From positions 48,608,001-48,672,000 of the forward strand of contig NC_090346.1 in the NCBI RefSeq assembly GCF_035084215.1: DNA of 64,000 nt. The letters are read 5' to 3'. Positions 11,473 to 24,130 of this stretch are shown here, piece by piece. Source of the stretch: Heptranchias perlo (Eukaryota). A program made the position numbers and the translations under genes. The notes beneath the pieces are model-generated. The model was given only the letters and a program-made list of their open reading frames with translations, was not told the origin of the DNA and made no database searches. Every line of letters starts with the position of its first letter. Position 1 is the first letter of the stretch.

Positions 11473-12234
11473 CTCTCCACAGACCGGATGGTTAAGGTGG
11501 TTCAGGCCGGCAGGCGAGTGACTGAATGACAAGCACCGTCTCCCCCGTCACTTTCACCCGTTCCTTGGCCACAATCTTTTTGTTTTGCAAAAAAAAAAAG
11601 TGCATTTTTGCAAAATAAAACCGTCTGTCGTTTTAAACTGAACGGCAAAAAAAAAAAACCCCGATAAAGGGGTTTCGGTGTCCGCATTGTTTCGGCTGCA
11701 CTCTGTCCCGGGACATAATATCCGCTAATCCGAACCGTTACACACAATAAAATCTTTGCTTTCTGCATTTTTCACAATGCACCATTCCCACGAGGGATAT
11801 TTGCAATTTAGAGATTGCATTATTCATTTGTACAAAACGCGGAACGACCTTAAAGGGGAATAACAATATAATATCGACCTTTGATTTACAAACGGCGTCA
11901 AGACTGTAAATTCTTTTTACAGGCTCGGTGGAAATTCTTTTCCCATTCAATGTTCGCTTCACTCTCTCTTCTCAAATGCAGACGATTTTTCCGGTTGAGC
12001 AGCATAATGAATTCATGGTCACAATTATATCCCTCTGAAAAAAGCAGGAAGTATTCGGAGGCGGCCGCTTGCAGCGAGAGAGTCACCCAGGGGTCAGTGA
12101 GCGATTCGAGAGGGATTCAGTCATTTAATGAGGAGACTCTGTTTATACCAAACTAGAGATGGAACAATCAGCGCCTGCCGAATATATCAGAGGCTCCCTA
12201 CATGAACACAGAGCGTGAATGCAGCCTGGGACGA

Positions 12235-12560
12235 AAGGAAGAAACTTATATTTAGTACTTCTGAAGTGTAGTCACTGTTGTAATGGAGGAAATAAAGCCG
12301 CCAATTTACGCACAGCAAGATCCCACAAATGTGACAATGATCAGATAATCTGTTTTTAGTGATATTGGTTGAGGGATAAATACTGGCCAGGACGCCGGGG
12401 AGAACTCCCCCTGCTCATCCTTGAAATAGTGGCCGTGGGATCTTTTACGTCCACCTGAGAGGGCAGACAGGTCCTCGGTTTAACATCTCATCTGAAAGAC
12501 GGCACCTCCGACAGTGCAGCCCTCCCTCAGTACTGCACTGAAGTGTCAGCCTGGATCATG
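12235..12560 (-). mobile_element. SINE copy, same family (a separate head fragment lies near 12895-12975)
   Basis: Collinear with 7205-7530; carries one unexpanded copy of the minisatellite unit. Confidence 0.8.
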
Positions 12561-12971
12561 GGCTGCATATCTGTCACACTGCAAGTCTCGGCCAGAATGG
12601 AGATGATTGGGTAATTCCCCCGTCAATCACGCCCGGAGGCTGCACTGCTGTAAGTGACTGGGATTGATTCTACAAAGATAATGTAACTATCCTCCACTCA
12701 CAGGATTTTGATGGAGCAATCACCCTGCTTTTATCGGGAGAAGTTGCTGCAGTTTCGGTCATGAGTTCTGTTTGCTGTTATTCATAGAGACTCTTTTTAA
12801 ATAGACTCTGTAAATGGACGTTGTTTGCTGTTTACTGTAAGTCGCCAGTAAGTGCGGCCCTGTCTCCAACTCACTGGTGTTAACAGATACCCTGTAGATT
12901 TTGTACTCAGGCCTCTGGAGTGGGAATTGAACCCACGACCTTCTGACTCAGAGGTGAGAGTGCTGCCCACT

Positions 12972-13560
12972 GAGGCCTTCCTCGACCAGTGGACACCGCA
13001 GGGACTGGAGGGTATATTGGACACAGGTGGCAGTATTATTATTTAATTTGATAAGTTTCCTTTGTGTTTTATGATTTCTGTTTCTATTAGTTGTACCCCT
13101 CTTAGATATTTTTAGTCTGATGACCCTGGGCTAACCCCGCGTCTCCTTATGGGTTTCTACCAAAAGGCAATCACTGAGCTAAGACTGACATCTGTAAGGT
13201 GTTTTCTACTAAATTTAACGCAAGTGGCTAAATTGGTATTGCCATAAGCACATCTGCCAGGCCGAGGTGGCCATTGACAGGTCCGGGTTGGACGTGGCCC
13301 GTGGGGGATGGGGTCGCTCTGACTGCCTCCCTGTCTTCCGTGGTCTTGTCCACGCCCGGGTGGCCCTGGTGAAGGAGCACGAGATGTGTCTGCCGGTACG
13401 CTCGAGGCCTTCCACGACCGGTGGGCACCACAGGGACTGGAGTGTGTATTGGACACGGGTGGCAATGTTATTATTTAATTTGGTAAGTTTCCTTTGTTCT
13501 TTATGATTTGAGTTTCCATTAGTTGCTCCCCTCAAAAAAAAGGGGGCCCTTTTGTTAGAT
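12972..13560 (+). mobile_element. Two Tx1-like LINE 3'-end remnants in tandem
   Basis: DCLPVFRGLVHARVALVKEH and FHDRWAPQGLE remnants; the block gaggccttcc...ttatttaatttg.taagtttcctttg occurs at about 12972 and 13405. Confidence 0.6.
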
Positions 13561-13819
13561 TTTTTTTTGGGTGATGACACTGGGGTAACCCAGTGGCTCT
13601 TTCTGGATCCTAAAGAAAAGGCATAACCAAACTTGCGGCTGGTCAGTGATTGGTAATGGACATCACTGGCCCAACCCAGACCTTGTCCAAAGGAGGGCGC
13701 CAGCGGTCTGTCTCACGTGGATCTGTTGCATGTTCCTGGAGTGAGTGTGGAGGGGAGGAGCCCGCTGTTGGAGGGAGTGTCAGTTCATTGCAATCTTGCT
13801 TTCGTTTGCGGGGCTGACA

Positions 13820-13888
13820 ATGAAGGGCACCGCCGGCGCTCCCATCGCTTCTTACGAGACGCTTGTCCACGCCGTGGCCGGGGCGGTG
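13820..13888 (+). CDS. SLC25A17: SLC25A17/PMP34-like peroxisomal carrier, exon 1
   Basis: MKGTAGAPIASYETLVHAVAGAV then GTAAGT donor; lies in a CpG-rich stretch; matches the PMP34 N-terminus (SYESLVHAVAGAV). May be the slc25a17-like paralogue. Confidence 0.88.
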
Positions 13889-14999
13889 GTAAGTTGCGCG
13901 GACGCGGAGTTTGGACGAGTCTTTGCCGTGGGTCGAACCTAACACCGGGAGCGGGGACCTCCTGTTAGAGGCAGATACCCGCCATGAACCAGTGCAATGT
14001 GTTGGGATGGGTGGAAATTGGAGCTGAATTGGGTAATTTCCAGCTCAGTGTTGTAATGAATTGTTTTATTTGAGTGTGAGCAACAAGTGTGAGCAGTATG
14101 CGGATGTCAGTAACAGTTGACTAAATTGGACTTGACAATGCGGAAACGCGGTAGCGTTGTGTGGTTCCTTGATGTGCTGAAAGGTCCCACCAAATCCAGA
14201 CCAGGTTTGCTCCAAAAAAAAACATATTAAAGATCAGTCTTCATGAAAAAGTTTGATAAAACTCTTCTTTAGGGGACGGGAGAAGCGGTTTCCATGCAGC
14301 AGAAGCCAACTCGCCCTCCTGCTATAATGGTCATTTTGGTTTAAATGGGGCACAGTTTCATGTATCTCAAGTCTTTGGAAAATAAACCCATGTTTTGAGA
14401 TCATTAATCTCACTAACTGTTTCTTCCCCTACTTCCTGCTCGGTGCCTGTAGAACCTCCGAACGTTTTTGTAACATTGAAAGAGGCTGAAATGTAGGTTC
14501 TTCTGTCATCTCCCCAGTGACTCTGTGTTTTGATGTGGTTTCCTTTCTTGCATTGTGTGTGTGTGTCAGTAAAATGATTGTGGAACACTTTTACATGAAG
14601 ATAATACCTTTTTAAAAAATATGTGGTCTGATCCTGTAACCAGTTCTAAATTTAGTATTTATATTCATTATTAATAGAATATCACCTGGCTTTCCCTCAA
14701 CTACTTATTTTAAATCAAAAGCAAAATACTGCAGATGCTAGAAATCTGAAATAAAAACAGAAAATGCTGGAACTCAAACATCTTCCAGTTCTGACACAGG
14801 TTTGTCCGACCTGAACGATTAACTCTGTTTCTTTCTCTGCAGACGCTGCCTGACTTGCTGAGTATTTCCAGCATTTCCTGTTTTTATTCCACTTATTTTA
14901 AAGCTTGGCCACCTTGTTCATTATTACTTTTAAAACCATTTTTTTTATATAAAGAAGGGAGAATAGTTGGATATTTTGAGACGGTCGATGGAGTGACTG

Positions 15000-15560
15000 C
15001 CTTGGCTCAGTGGTAACACTCTTGCACCTCTGTCAGAAGATCATGGGTTCAAGCCCCACTCTAGGACCCGAGCACATCTAGACTTGCGGTTGAGTGGATT
15101 ATTGAGGGGGTGCTGTCGGAGGTGCCATCTTTCAGCAGGAATGTTAAACTGAGGTCCTGTCTGATCTTGCAGGTCAATGCAATAGATCCAATGGTGCTAT
15201 TTGAATAAAAGCAGGGGAGTTCTCCCAGAGTCCTGGTCAACATTTATCTCAACCAACACCACCAAAAACGGATTATCTGGTCATTTATCTTATTGCTGTG
15301 CACAAATTTGCTGCCATGTTTTCCTACATGGAATCATAGGATAGAATGGTTACAGCACTGGAGGAGGCCATTTGGCCCATAAAGTCCATGCTGGCTCTTT
15401 GTAAGAGTAATCCAGTTAGTCCCATTCCCCCACTTTTTCCCCGTAGCCCTGCAAATGTTTTCCCTTCAAGTGACATAAGTGACTACACGTCAAAGGTGCT
15501 TCATTGGGTGTGAAGAACGTTTGAACGTCCTGAGAATGTGAAAGGTGTTATATGAATTCT
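15000..15560 (+). mobile_element. SINE copy interrupted by a CR1 3'-end fragment (about 15330-15470, minus)
   Basis: Head tggctcagtggtaacactc; the body is split at ttcctacat...aagtgactacac by a gaatcatag...ggccatttggccc CR1 tail. Confidence 0.75.
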
Positions 15561-16137
15561 TTGATCGCGAAAAGCATATCTTCATCTCGTGTCATTGAGT
15601 TGCACCAGTCATCAAACTGTAGGGGGGCACATTAGTAATTGTGTTGTTTGTGGCCTCAATTAACTAGAGTAAAACACCTCTTGTAATACTTAACATTACA
15701 AATTTTGCCTATTTGCAACTAGAGGTGGACAATAAATGCTGGCCTTGCCAGTGTCACTAATATACTATAAAACTATTAAATAAAAAGACACTGCCTGTTT
15801 CAAAATGATTTAAGACCATTAGTTTGATTACTTTTGTCTCATTCCAGTTTTTAAAACTAAGTTCAGTGTCTTGAACTTGTGAACAAGGAACTCCAGAATG
15901 TGACTGGTTAATCTTCAAAAATCAGCTTAAACCACAGATATGGGACCTCCTCCCAATGGTTTAGTGGGTAGAGTCGTCATCTGGTGTGGTGCTGTGCCAG
16001 GCTGGTGCCCTTGGGCTAGGGAGAGGAAATATACGTCAGCAGTCCCTCGTCTAATTACTATCCCGTGTCCCTTTCTGGACAGTGCACCTATATAGAGAAT
16101 AACACTTCCTTTTACACCCTCATTTAATTTTCTGCAG

Positions 16138-16198
16138 GGTAGTGCGATTGCTACGACAACGTTTTTCCCTTTGGATACTGCAAAGATACGACTTCAAG
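16138..16198 (+). CDS. SLC25A17: SLC25A17-like exon 2
   Basis: ctgcAG / GSAIATTTFFPLDTAKIRLQ / GT; first carrier signature P-x-D-x-x-K. Confidence 0.9.
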
Positions 16199-17389
16199 GT
16201 GGGCATTGCTACATAAATAAACTAGATTATCGTGAACTGAGAGCTTGTACAGTAAAAGGCCCAAATCACTGCAGAGAATTACAAAACAAACTGCTCCTAT
16301 ATCGGTGCAATTTGGGCGTCTTATAATGGAGCATGTTTATTCTTGGAATATTTTAATCAAAAATAATTTCAAAGTAACCAACATTTATAATTCAAAACAG
16401 CAGTTTGTGTTTGCGTAGCTCTGATCGTGTTGGGCAGATGCACCAGAGCTTTGCAGATTTTGAGACTGAAATGGACACAAAGAGGAGGAAAAAAGTAATC
16501 AGAGTGGACTTAAGAGCTTATGTCAAACAAGCAATGGAAGAGAAAATGGAGGGAGGGACTTAGGTGGAGGAATTCTGGCAAGTGAAGATTGTGAATGGGG
16601 ACATGGGACCAAAGGAGGTCACTGAGGTGGTGAGGGGCAAAGCCACGGGGATGTTTGAAGGTGATGTGAGAATCTTGAGATTGATTTGTAGAGTCAATAG
16701 AGCCTATCAAGAACAATGAATGCACACAAATTTTTACCCTCACAGCCTAGATGCTACTGACTGTGTGGTAATTATTTGCTGTTTAATGGCCCTTTAATTT
16801 TATTAATGAAATGGATTCAGTCTGACCTCCTCTGCTATTTTGCAATATTCCTTTTATCTCCTTGGCAGATTGCTTTGGATGAAAAAGGTCCTTCAGCCCA
16901 TCTGATCTCATCCTTTCAGAATACCATCTTCCCATGACAAGATCAGCTGTTATTATAAAAATAAAGAAATGAGTCCAGTGTCCTGGCTTTGACCACATAG
17001 CCTGCTCACAAGACTCGACCTGTCGATCACCCTCAAACCTGAAGCATAATCTTTTTTATAAAAAAAAAACAGGCTGTTGAATGTGGAAAATATTGGCTGT
17101 TAAACTGTAATTAAGGTTCTGTTGTAAAAGAGGAACTCGGACACAGGTTAATATGTTGGTGTAGTTGTACAGGTACATTTAGTGAGGCTGTGCATTGGTA
17201 TAGCAGTTTTACTCCCCTCAGGATCAGGGTGGGTCTGGGATGGGGGTATTTTAATATGACCAAAAATTCAAACACAATATTGGTCTAAATTATGAGGTCA
17301 AAGCACATCCATGTTTGGCCAGTGATGTATATTGTTCAATAGTGACTCTGGTTTCTAATTCCCGTTGTTCTTGCTTGCATTTACTTTAG

Positions 17390-17456
17390 TTGATGAAAAA
17401 CGTAAAACCAGCTCCACACCAGTATTACTGGTGGAGATTGCGAAAGAGGAAGGCAT
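17390..17456 (+). CDS. SLC25A17: SLC25A17-like exon 3
   Basis: tttAG / VDEKRKTSSTPVLLVEIAKEEG / GTGAGT; phases fit the neighbouring exons. Confidence 0.88.
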
Positions 17457-18321
17457 GTGAGTATTATATAGAGTCTAGAGCACAGAAACAGGCCGTTCGG
17501 TTCAACTGGTCTGTGCCAGCGTTTATGCTCCACATGAACCTCTTCCCACTCCTCTTCATCTCACCCTATCAGCATATCCTTCTATTCCTTTCTCCCTCAT
17601 TTGCTTAAATAGCTTCCCCTTAGTAAAGAGTGCTGATCTTAAAACAGCTGTGACATTATGCAATTGATTTATTTTGTGAGCAGTGCTCACCAGGCAGCAC
17701 CAGTGTGCAAAGTAAGCCTGCTTATTCCTATTTTTCTTTTGTATTTATTGGAAGTTAAGTTTCAGGAGTAAGTGGTATGTCCAAATGTGGCACCTTAATT
17801 AGTGCCAATGCAATTCAAACATATTAAATTATGAGATTTTTAAAAAAGTTTTAATTGGGCATTCTTCTTGAAGTAAAATTAAAGAGGGAAGGCTGCAAAT
17901 GCTGGAAATACACGGGTCAATCAGCATCTGGGAAGAGAAAAGACGGGTTCTGGTGTTTCATCAGAGAACTACACTCACTCTCTCTCACACTCACACGTTT
18001 TTCTTTCTTTCCAATTGCTGACTGACCTTCACAAAAAAAATTCTGTTTACAAATGATTCAAATGAAAGAGATTTCTGGCAGCATTTGTAGGTGTAACTGC
18101 TATGACCCAGGAATGAAGTACAGTGAGAGAAATGTCGGAATGTGTAATTTACAACAGGCTGTTAATTACTACAATTCTGGGACAGGCTTGATGGACCTGC
18201 TGCCCTTTTCCTGCCCGTCAGTTTCGTATGTTCAGAAGTACTTGTTGGTTCGGATTGCTAGGAGGGATTCAAAATGTCAACCCCCAAAATGCTGAGACTT
18301 TCTTTTCTCCGTCTGTTGCAG

Positions 18322-18476
18322 ATCGGCTCTATATCGTGGATGGTTCCCTGTAATTTCTAGCCTCTGCTGTTCAAACTTTGTTTACTTCTACACGTTCAAC
18401 AGCCTGAAAGCAATGTGGGTGAAGGGTAATACCAGGGCTACACCAGGCAAAGATCTACTCATGGCGTGCATTGCAG
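18322..18476 (+). CDS. SLC25A17: SLC25A17-like exon 4
   Basis: ttgcAG / [35 protein letters not shown]...[10 protein letters not shown] / GT. Confidence 0.92.
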
Positions 18477-18767
18477 GTACAGAGGGATGTTTAATGGGGT
18501 TGCAAATTGCCCAATGTAACAGATACAGACCCTGTTATTCAAATTGCTCGATTCTAGGTACTCCTATAGTCGAATGCTAATCAGTTAAAAACACTGTTTA
18601 AAATATCACTCCTAGAACTGATGACATAAACCAATTTTTGTTAAGAGAAAAATGAGAAGCTTCATTATCACTCTAATCTTGGTTTCACCATTTTAACAGT
18701 TTATGTTGAAACCTGGAGCGTACAGAAAGGAGTAACATAGGGAATTGCAAGACAGTACAATTTTTTA

Positions 18768-19395
18768 AAAAAAGCATATGGGATCCTTGGCTTTATTAAT
18801 AGAGGTATAGAGTACAAAAGCAAGGAAGTTATGCTAAATCTTTATAAAACACTGGTTAGGCCTCAGCTAGAGTACTGTGTTCAATTCTGGGCACCACACT
18901 TTAGGAAGGATGTCAAGGCCCTAGACAGGGTGCAGAAGAGATTTACTAGAACGGTACCAGGGATGAGGGACTAGCGAAGCTGGTGGTGTTCTCCTTAGAG
19001 CAGAGAAGGTTAATAGGAAATGTGATAGAGGTGTTCAAAATCATGAATGGTTTTGATAGAGTAAATAAGGAGAAACTGTTTCCTGTGGCAGAAGGGTCGG
19101 TAATGGGAGAACACAAATTTAAGGTGGTTAGCAAAAGAACCAGAGGCGACATGAGGAAATTTTTTTTTAAGCAGCGAGTTGTTATGATCTGGAATGCACT
19201 GCCTGAAAGGGCGGTGGAAGTAGATTCAATAGTAAATTTCAAAAGGGAATTGAATACTTGAAATGGAAAAATGTACAGGGCTATGGGGAATGAGCAGGGG
19301 AGTGACTAATTGGATAGCTCTTCCAAAAACCCAGCACAGGCATGATGGGCCGAATGGCCTCCTCTGCGCTGTACCTACTACGATATTATGATAAT
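18768..19395 (+). mobile_element. CR1 LINE 3' fragment
   Basis: YKTLVRPQLEYCVQFW and FFFKQRVVMIWNALP remnants; gggccgaatggcct tail. Confidence 0.9.
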
Positions 19396-19737
19396 ACAAT
19401 TGAGGGTCTCAGAGGATGGTGCGTTGTAAGTGAATAGCCTGGTGTCATTTAAAAAATGGCTGTCCCAGTCTAAGTAAGCAGATTGCTGCAAGATTCAGGT
19501 TTGATTCCCACTCTGCTGCTTCAGCAGATCTTGATCAAGACACTACAATCGGTTTTAGGCGGTAAAAGGTCAGCCAGGAGTGCAACTTCTGATCGCTATT
19601 CAGCAATTCCTGTTGGACAATGGGTGGGGTGGGGAGACTGAAACAAGCTCAGCAATGATGGCCCCTGGGCGCAGGTAGCCTGCTGACACCTGCTGCCTAA
19701 GGTTACTTGGCCACTAGGGCGAGATGCTGGAGAGCTG

Positions 19738-19974
19738 CAAGGCCTGAGAGGTGAGCGTCTTCAGTACAAGGCCTGAGAGGTGAGCGTCTTCAGTACAAGG
19801 CCTGAGAGGTGAGCGTCTTCAGTACAAGGCCTGAGAGGTGAGCGTCTTCAGTACAAGGCCTGAGAGGTGAGCGTCTTCAGTACAAGGCCTGAGAGGTGAG
19901 CGTCTTCAGTACAAGGCCTGAGAGGTGAGCGTCTTCAGTACAAGGCCTGAGAGGTGAGCGTCTTCAGTACAAGG
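19738..19974. repeat. 29-bp perfect tandem repeat, 8 copies
   Basis: Unit CAAGGCCTGAGAGGTGAGCGTCTTCAGTA; I saw no mismatches between copies. Confidence 0.97.
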
Positions 19975-20072
19975 GAGAAAATTAGGGAAGAGGATGGAAT
20001 GCTTTCTGCTGTAATGTTTTCTGACGTTTGTGATTTATTAGTGGCTCAAACAATAACATTACTTGTTATTGG

Positions 20073-20366
20073 TGATGTGGAGATGCCGGTGACGGGCTGG
20101 GGTGTACAAATGTAAGGAATCTTACAACACCAGGTTATAGTCCAACAGTTTTATTTGAAAATCACAAGCTTTCGGAGATTATCTCCTTCGTCAGGTGAGT
20201 GAGTGAAAGGTTCTCAAATCGCATATCTTATATTAGGCTGGGACACGATCACACCAATCAAAGGTGTCGTTGGTGTTCAGACAGGTTAGCCACGGAAAAC
20301 AGTACATCCCAGTATACTGAATACACAATGGGTCAGATTACACAGACAGATCGAGAAAGAGACCCG

Positions 20367-20399
<33 letters not shown>

Positions 20400-20400
20400 A
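20073..20400 (-). mobile_element. Penelope-like terminal fragment with 9-bp target-site duplication
   Basis: TGTTATTGG at 20064-20072 and 20401-20409 flanks it; terminal sequence shared with 50525-50820 and 5982-6032; contains a hammerhead core. Confidence 0.75.
20162..20198 (-). ncRNA. Minimal type I hammerhead ribozyme motif
   Basis: UCAC-CUGACGA-A-GGAGA(UAA)UCUCC-GAAA-GC-UU-GUGA: intact core boxes, 5-bp stem II, 4-bp stem I, palindromic AGCU in place of stem III. Activity not shown. Confidence 0.7.
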
Positions 20401-22308
20401 TGTTATTGGAATTGAGACGGATGAAATACTGGAGTGCAATAGTAATATTTCACCTCTTCTCCCCAATATGCCTCTGAAGTACCTTGAGATTTTTTTCTGT
20501 ATTAATGGCACTATATAAATGGAAGTTGTTGCTGTTTTAGTATTACAATTGATGCAAAAGTATAGAAGCAAGTAACCTAAGAGCCTTAAAGTTCATGGAT
20601 GTGATGTTACTGCTCTTTAGTTCCGGAATGGTTAATGACAAACACTGGTAAAATAAGCGGTCAAAACAATCACAATAAAGATGACTTTTATTTTGTACAA
20701 CTTCACAATACACTTGGCTGCTCCTTGCATTCCTGAAATTTTAATTTGAAAATCTGTATCATGCATGCATTGGAACAAGTGCCAAGGCTATAAAACAAGA
20801 GATTGTTTTTTCAAAGAAAGGAAGTCTGTACTTGAACAATGAGGCTGCAGCTGGCCTGTGAAGAGGGCTTGTGATTGGCCATGGTAGTGGACTGTGAAAA
20901 ACAGCAAAAGTAAAATTCTTGAACTTTGTTTCAAATTACCTTTTTTTTGTGTGGTGGGGGGGAGGGTTGTCATTTGTTTAATTGGGTCGGGCAATTATGA
21001 GGAAAAAGCAGCATGCAGGGTTTTGCTGACTGCTCAGTTGGTTTATCCATTGAGGAACTGAGCAGTTCAGATAAGGAGCATCCCAAGTTCAGCTCCTCGT
21101 TCTACATTAGTTCATCTTAGCTGGAGCAGTGGGGGTAGGCTTTGTTTAGTTGGCCTTGGTGCCTGTGAGTTAGTGGGGCGGGGGGGATATTGGCCAGGGT
21201 TCCCACTCCTGACATCTGTCCTGCTCGAAGACATGTGTGTGGCCATTATAATGAGGAAAGGATTGGGCTTGGTATCTTCCCCCACCCCCTCCCCCAATCC
21301 CAACTGACCAAAGCGCCTCGCTCAAGGTTCACCCATGGAGAATGACCATGTGGGCAAGGAATTAGCATCAATGGAACTGCAACCCAGTAAGGAATCAACA
21401 CCTCAAGAGGAGGAGAGAAAACTGATGGAGAGGAAATGCAGCATGGGACTGAGGTTGGGTTGATGAAACAGAAGCAAAGATCACTAGTCTTTCTAATCAT
21501 GGGGATTGATAGGTTGGTAAATGGAAGGGCTGGGGAGGGGGAATTCAGATAGGAAAGGAGAGTTCGGGTACAGGCACAGATCAGACAAAAATACAGTTCT
21601 GCTGGCTCAAATCTCAAGTGAAATGATGTTGCATTTCATTATCATAAAAGCTGAAAACAGTCCCTCTCCACCCAGTTTGTTGTTGGTGAGTATTCCTTAA
21701 AAAAAAATGCTAAAGATGGTGGGGTCAATAATTATCACCTCCTTCCAAGTCCTTAGGAGGCTGGTGTATGCCAGTGAGACAAGCTGATATGATTATAGGG
21801 AACACAACAAGAAGTTGCATTTATATAGCGCCTTTTAATGTAGAAAAATGTCCCAAGGCACTACATAAAAATTCAAATCTTTCTCAAAGTTGATTTATGA
21901 TGGGGGAGTTGGCGTAACATGTTTAACAGCAAACTGGAGGACTAAACTCCCTTCAATAGACCCTAACTGTCCTAATGACAAACTGAATGTACCCAACATT
22001 TGAAGGAGAGAAAACAGTACAATACAATTGCTTTGCTGATATAATCCATTTTGAAATGAAATTCAAATCTTCAGTGTCACTCTTGACATTGTGCTTTAGC
22101 TAAACCAGTAGGGCAGCTATCAGTTCTTCAGATAGAATGTGAGAATTGTTTAATGGTAAAAGCCCATTCCAGTGCTGCACACTGTGGTATACTGTGCAGC
22201 AATTAAAGATTCATCAGTTGTACATTGGCATACAGTGATCAACCTGTACTTACTGAAGGACCATCAAAATGGGGATAGTCAGAAATAACAGCCAGTTTGT
22301 TTTATTAG

Positions 22309-22425
22309 GTGCTACTAATGTTCTCCTAACTACACCAATGTGGGTAGTCAACACAAGATTGAAACTACAAGGAGCAAAATTTAGAAAGGAGGATATCCAT
22401 CAGACTGAATACAAGGGTATTCTAG
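22309..22425 (+). CDS. SLC25A17: SLC25A17-like exon 5
   Basis: [39 protein letters not shown] with AG and GTGAG boundaries; the P-x-W-V-V-N-T-R motif is typical of PMP34. Confidence 0.93.
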
Positions 22426-23385
22426 GTGAGTCTTCCAATTGGGTAAATTCACTAATTTCTGAGTTAGTAATACAAAGAACAAAAGTACACTGTGGTAATA
22501 AGAAGGGTGTGCGAGGATGTCAAAAAGTAACGGAACCCTTCCACTGTTAAATTGAAGAAACTAACTAAAGGGAGCTAGTGAGTGTGATGGTGTGGAAAAT
22601 CAGAATTTACATGACCACTTGCTTTGTATCAATTTTAATTTTTAGTAATGATGAACCATTACATTAAAAAAAAATCTTTAGAATTGGTTCTGTGAATGTA
22701 GCAAATATTGAAGTTGGGGTTCTTCCCCCGTCCCTCCCTCCCTCCTTGAACCGCCATACCCCAATATCGGAAATGTAAATGTTCTTGTTCCACACTGATC
22801 AAACTGTGACTCTCCCCTCATGATTTCTCGCCTGTTCCCTTTCTCCACAGATCCCCGACTGGGATTGAGAACTGTACGGAACAGCACTCGACCTGCATGT
22901 GGCGCCATGCGTTGGTGCACCAAAGCTAGCACACAGTTTTAAATATTAAAAACTGTACTTTGTAGATAGTTTATTCAAAGAAAAAACAAGCTTCATAATA
23001 TTCACAGCATTTGGCTGAGGGGGTAGAATAGATGGGAGGTAGGTGTTCTTTTCTGTTTGAGGTGGATTTTGGGGTGGGGAGAGAAGAGGCTTCTCATTCT
23101 CTAAATCACCCTAAACTACCTACACAGCGAAGTGCAGATGTTGTTCACCTTCTCTTTGGTTTAGCGGAATTCTACATTTAAAAGGCAAGTTAGAATTCAG
23201 CTGCCACAGACTCTCATTTATAATGATGTTAGAAGTCATACAGAACACTTGCAGTACCATACTGAGGAATGCGACAGGCCGTTATATTTGCTGTGGGAGG
23301 GGTCGTAATAAACTTGCAGTCGGTCAGAAGCTGAGATGTGTTGGGGAGGTGTTGTCAAACTTAACAAGTGTCCCTTTCTCTTTAG

Positions 23386-23531
23386 ATGCCTTTCAACAGA
23401 TCATTACAAACGAAGGTGTGAGATCTCTCTGGAATGGGATTCTACCATCTCTTATCTTGGTCTCTAATCCTGCAATCCAGTTCATGTTTTATGAGGGGTT
23501 GAAACGGAAAGTCAGCAAAGCTGGGAGACGG
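23386..23531 (+). CDS. SLC25A17: SLC25A17-like exon 6
   Basis: DAFQQIITNEGVRSLWNGILPSLILVSNPAIQFMFYEGLKRKVSKAGRR with AG and GTATGT boundaries. Confidence 0.92.
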
Positions 23532-23742
23532 GTATGTGCAGGGTTTAGCACTTCGAACTCGCGTCTCCACTGCCTGAGCGGTACCATTCCAATTACAGAA
23601 TTGTAGTTAAGGTGTTTTTTTTTGGGACAAAAAAAAATGATGTTGGGCTGATCTTTCTTGCCTTAGAAAGTGTGATAATTACCAGCAGTATTTCAACACA
23701 AGAACACAGGACTCCTAACAGATATGATTAATCTCTCTGCAG

Positions 23743-23838
23743 ATTTCTTCCTGGGAAATATTCATGATTGGCGCCATAGCAAAAGCGATTGCCACGACAG
23801 CTACCTACCCCTTACAGACCATGCAGGCTATACTACGG
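23743..23838 (+). CDS. SLC25A17: SLC25A17-like exon 7
   Basis: [32 protein letters not shown] with AG and GT boundaries. Confidence 0.92.
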
Positions 23839-23926
23839 GTACGAAGAGGAAAGTACGCAGATCAAATACTCAGTGCTTGCACAAAATGGCTTTTTTTAAA
23901 GAAGCTTTTTCTCTCTTTTTTTACAG

Positions 23927-24009
23927 TTTGAACCGAATAAAAGCAGATCACAGAGCACGTTCCAGGAGAGCGTCCACGCAGTCATTAACCTGCTATCACA
24001 GAAGATTAA
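23927..24009 (+). CDS. SLC25A17: SLC25A17-like exon 8
   Basis: ttacAG / [28 protein letters not shown] / GTAAG; 83 nt, keeps the frame. Confidence 0.85.
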
Positions 24010-24130
24010 GTAAGGGCCAGCCTGTGACATTAATCTGATTTACAGTATTTAGTTTTGTACTGCTCTTTCTAGCAAGCTATTAATAATTTCAAACTGTCTC
24101 TATAATTTTCAGCAAATTATTCAACGGATT

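Noticed and set aside
13115-13190. Possible C/D box snoRNA (TGATGA ... CTGA)
   Set aside because: Intergenic, no recognisable antisense guide, and the related copy near 13572 lacks a matching D box.
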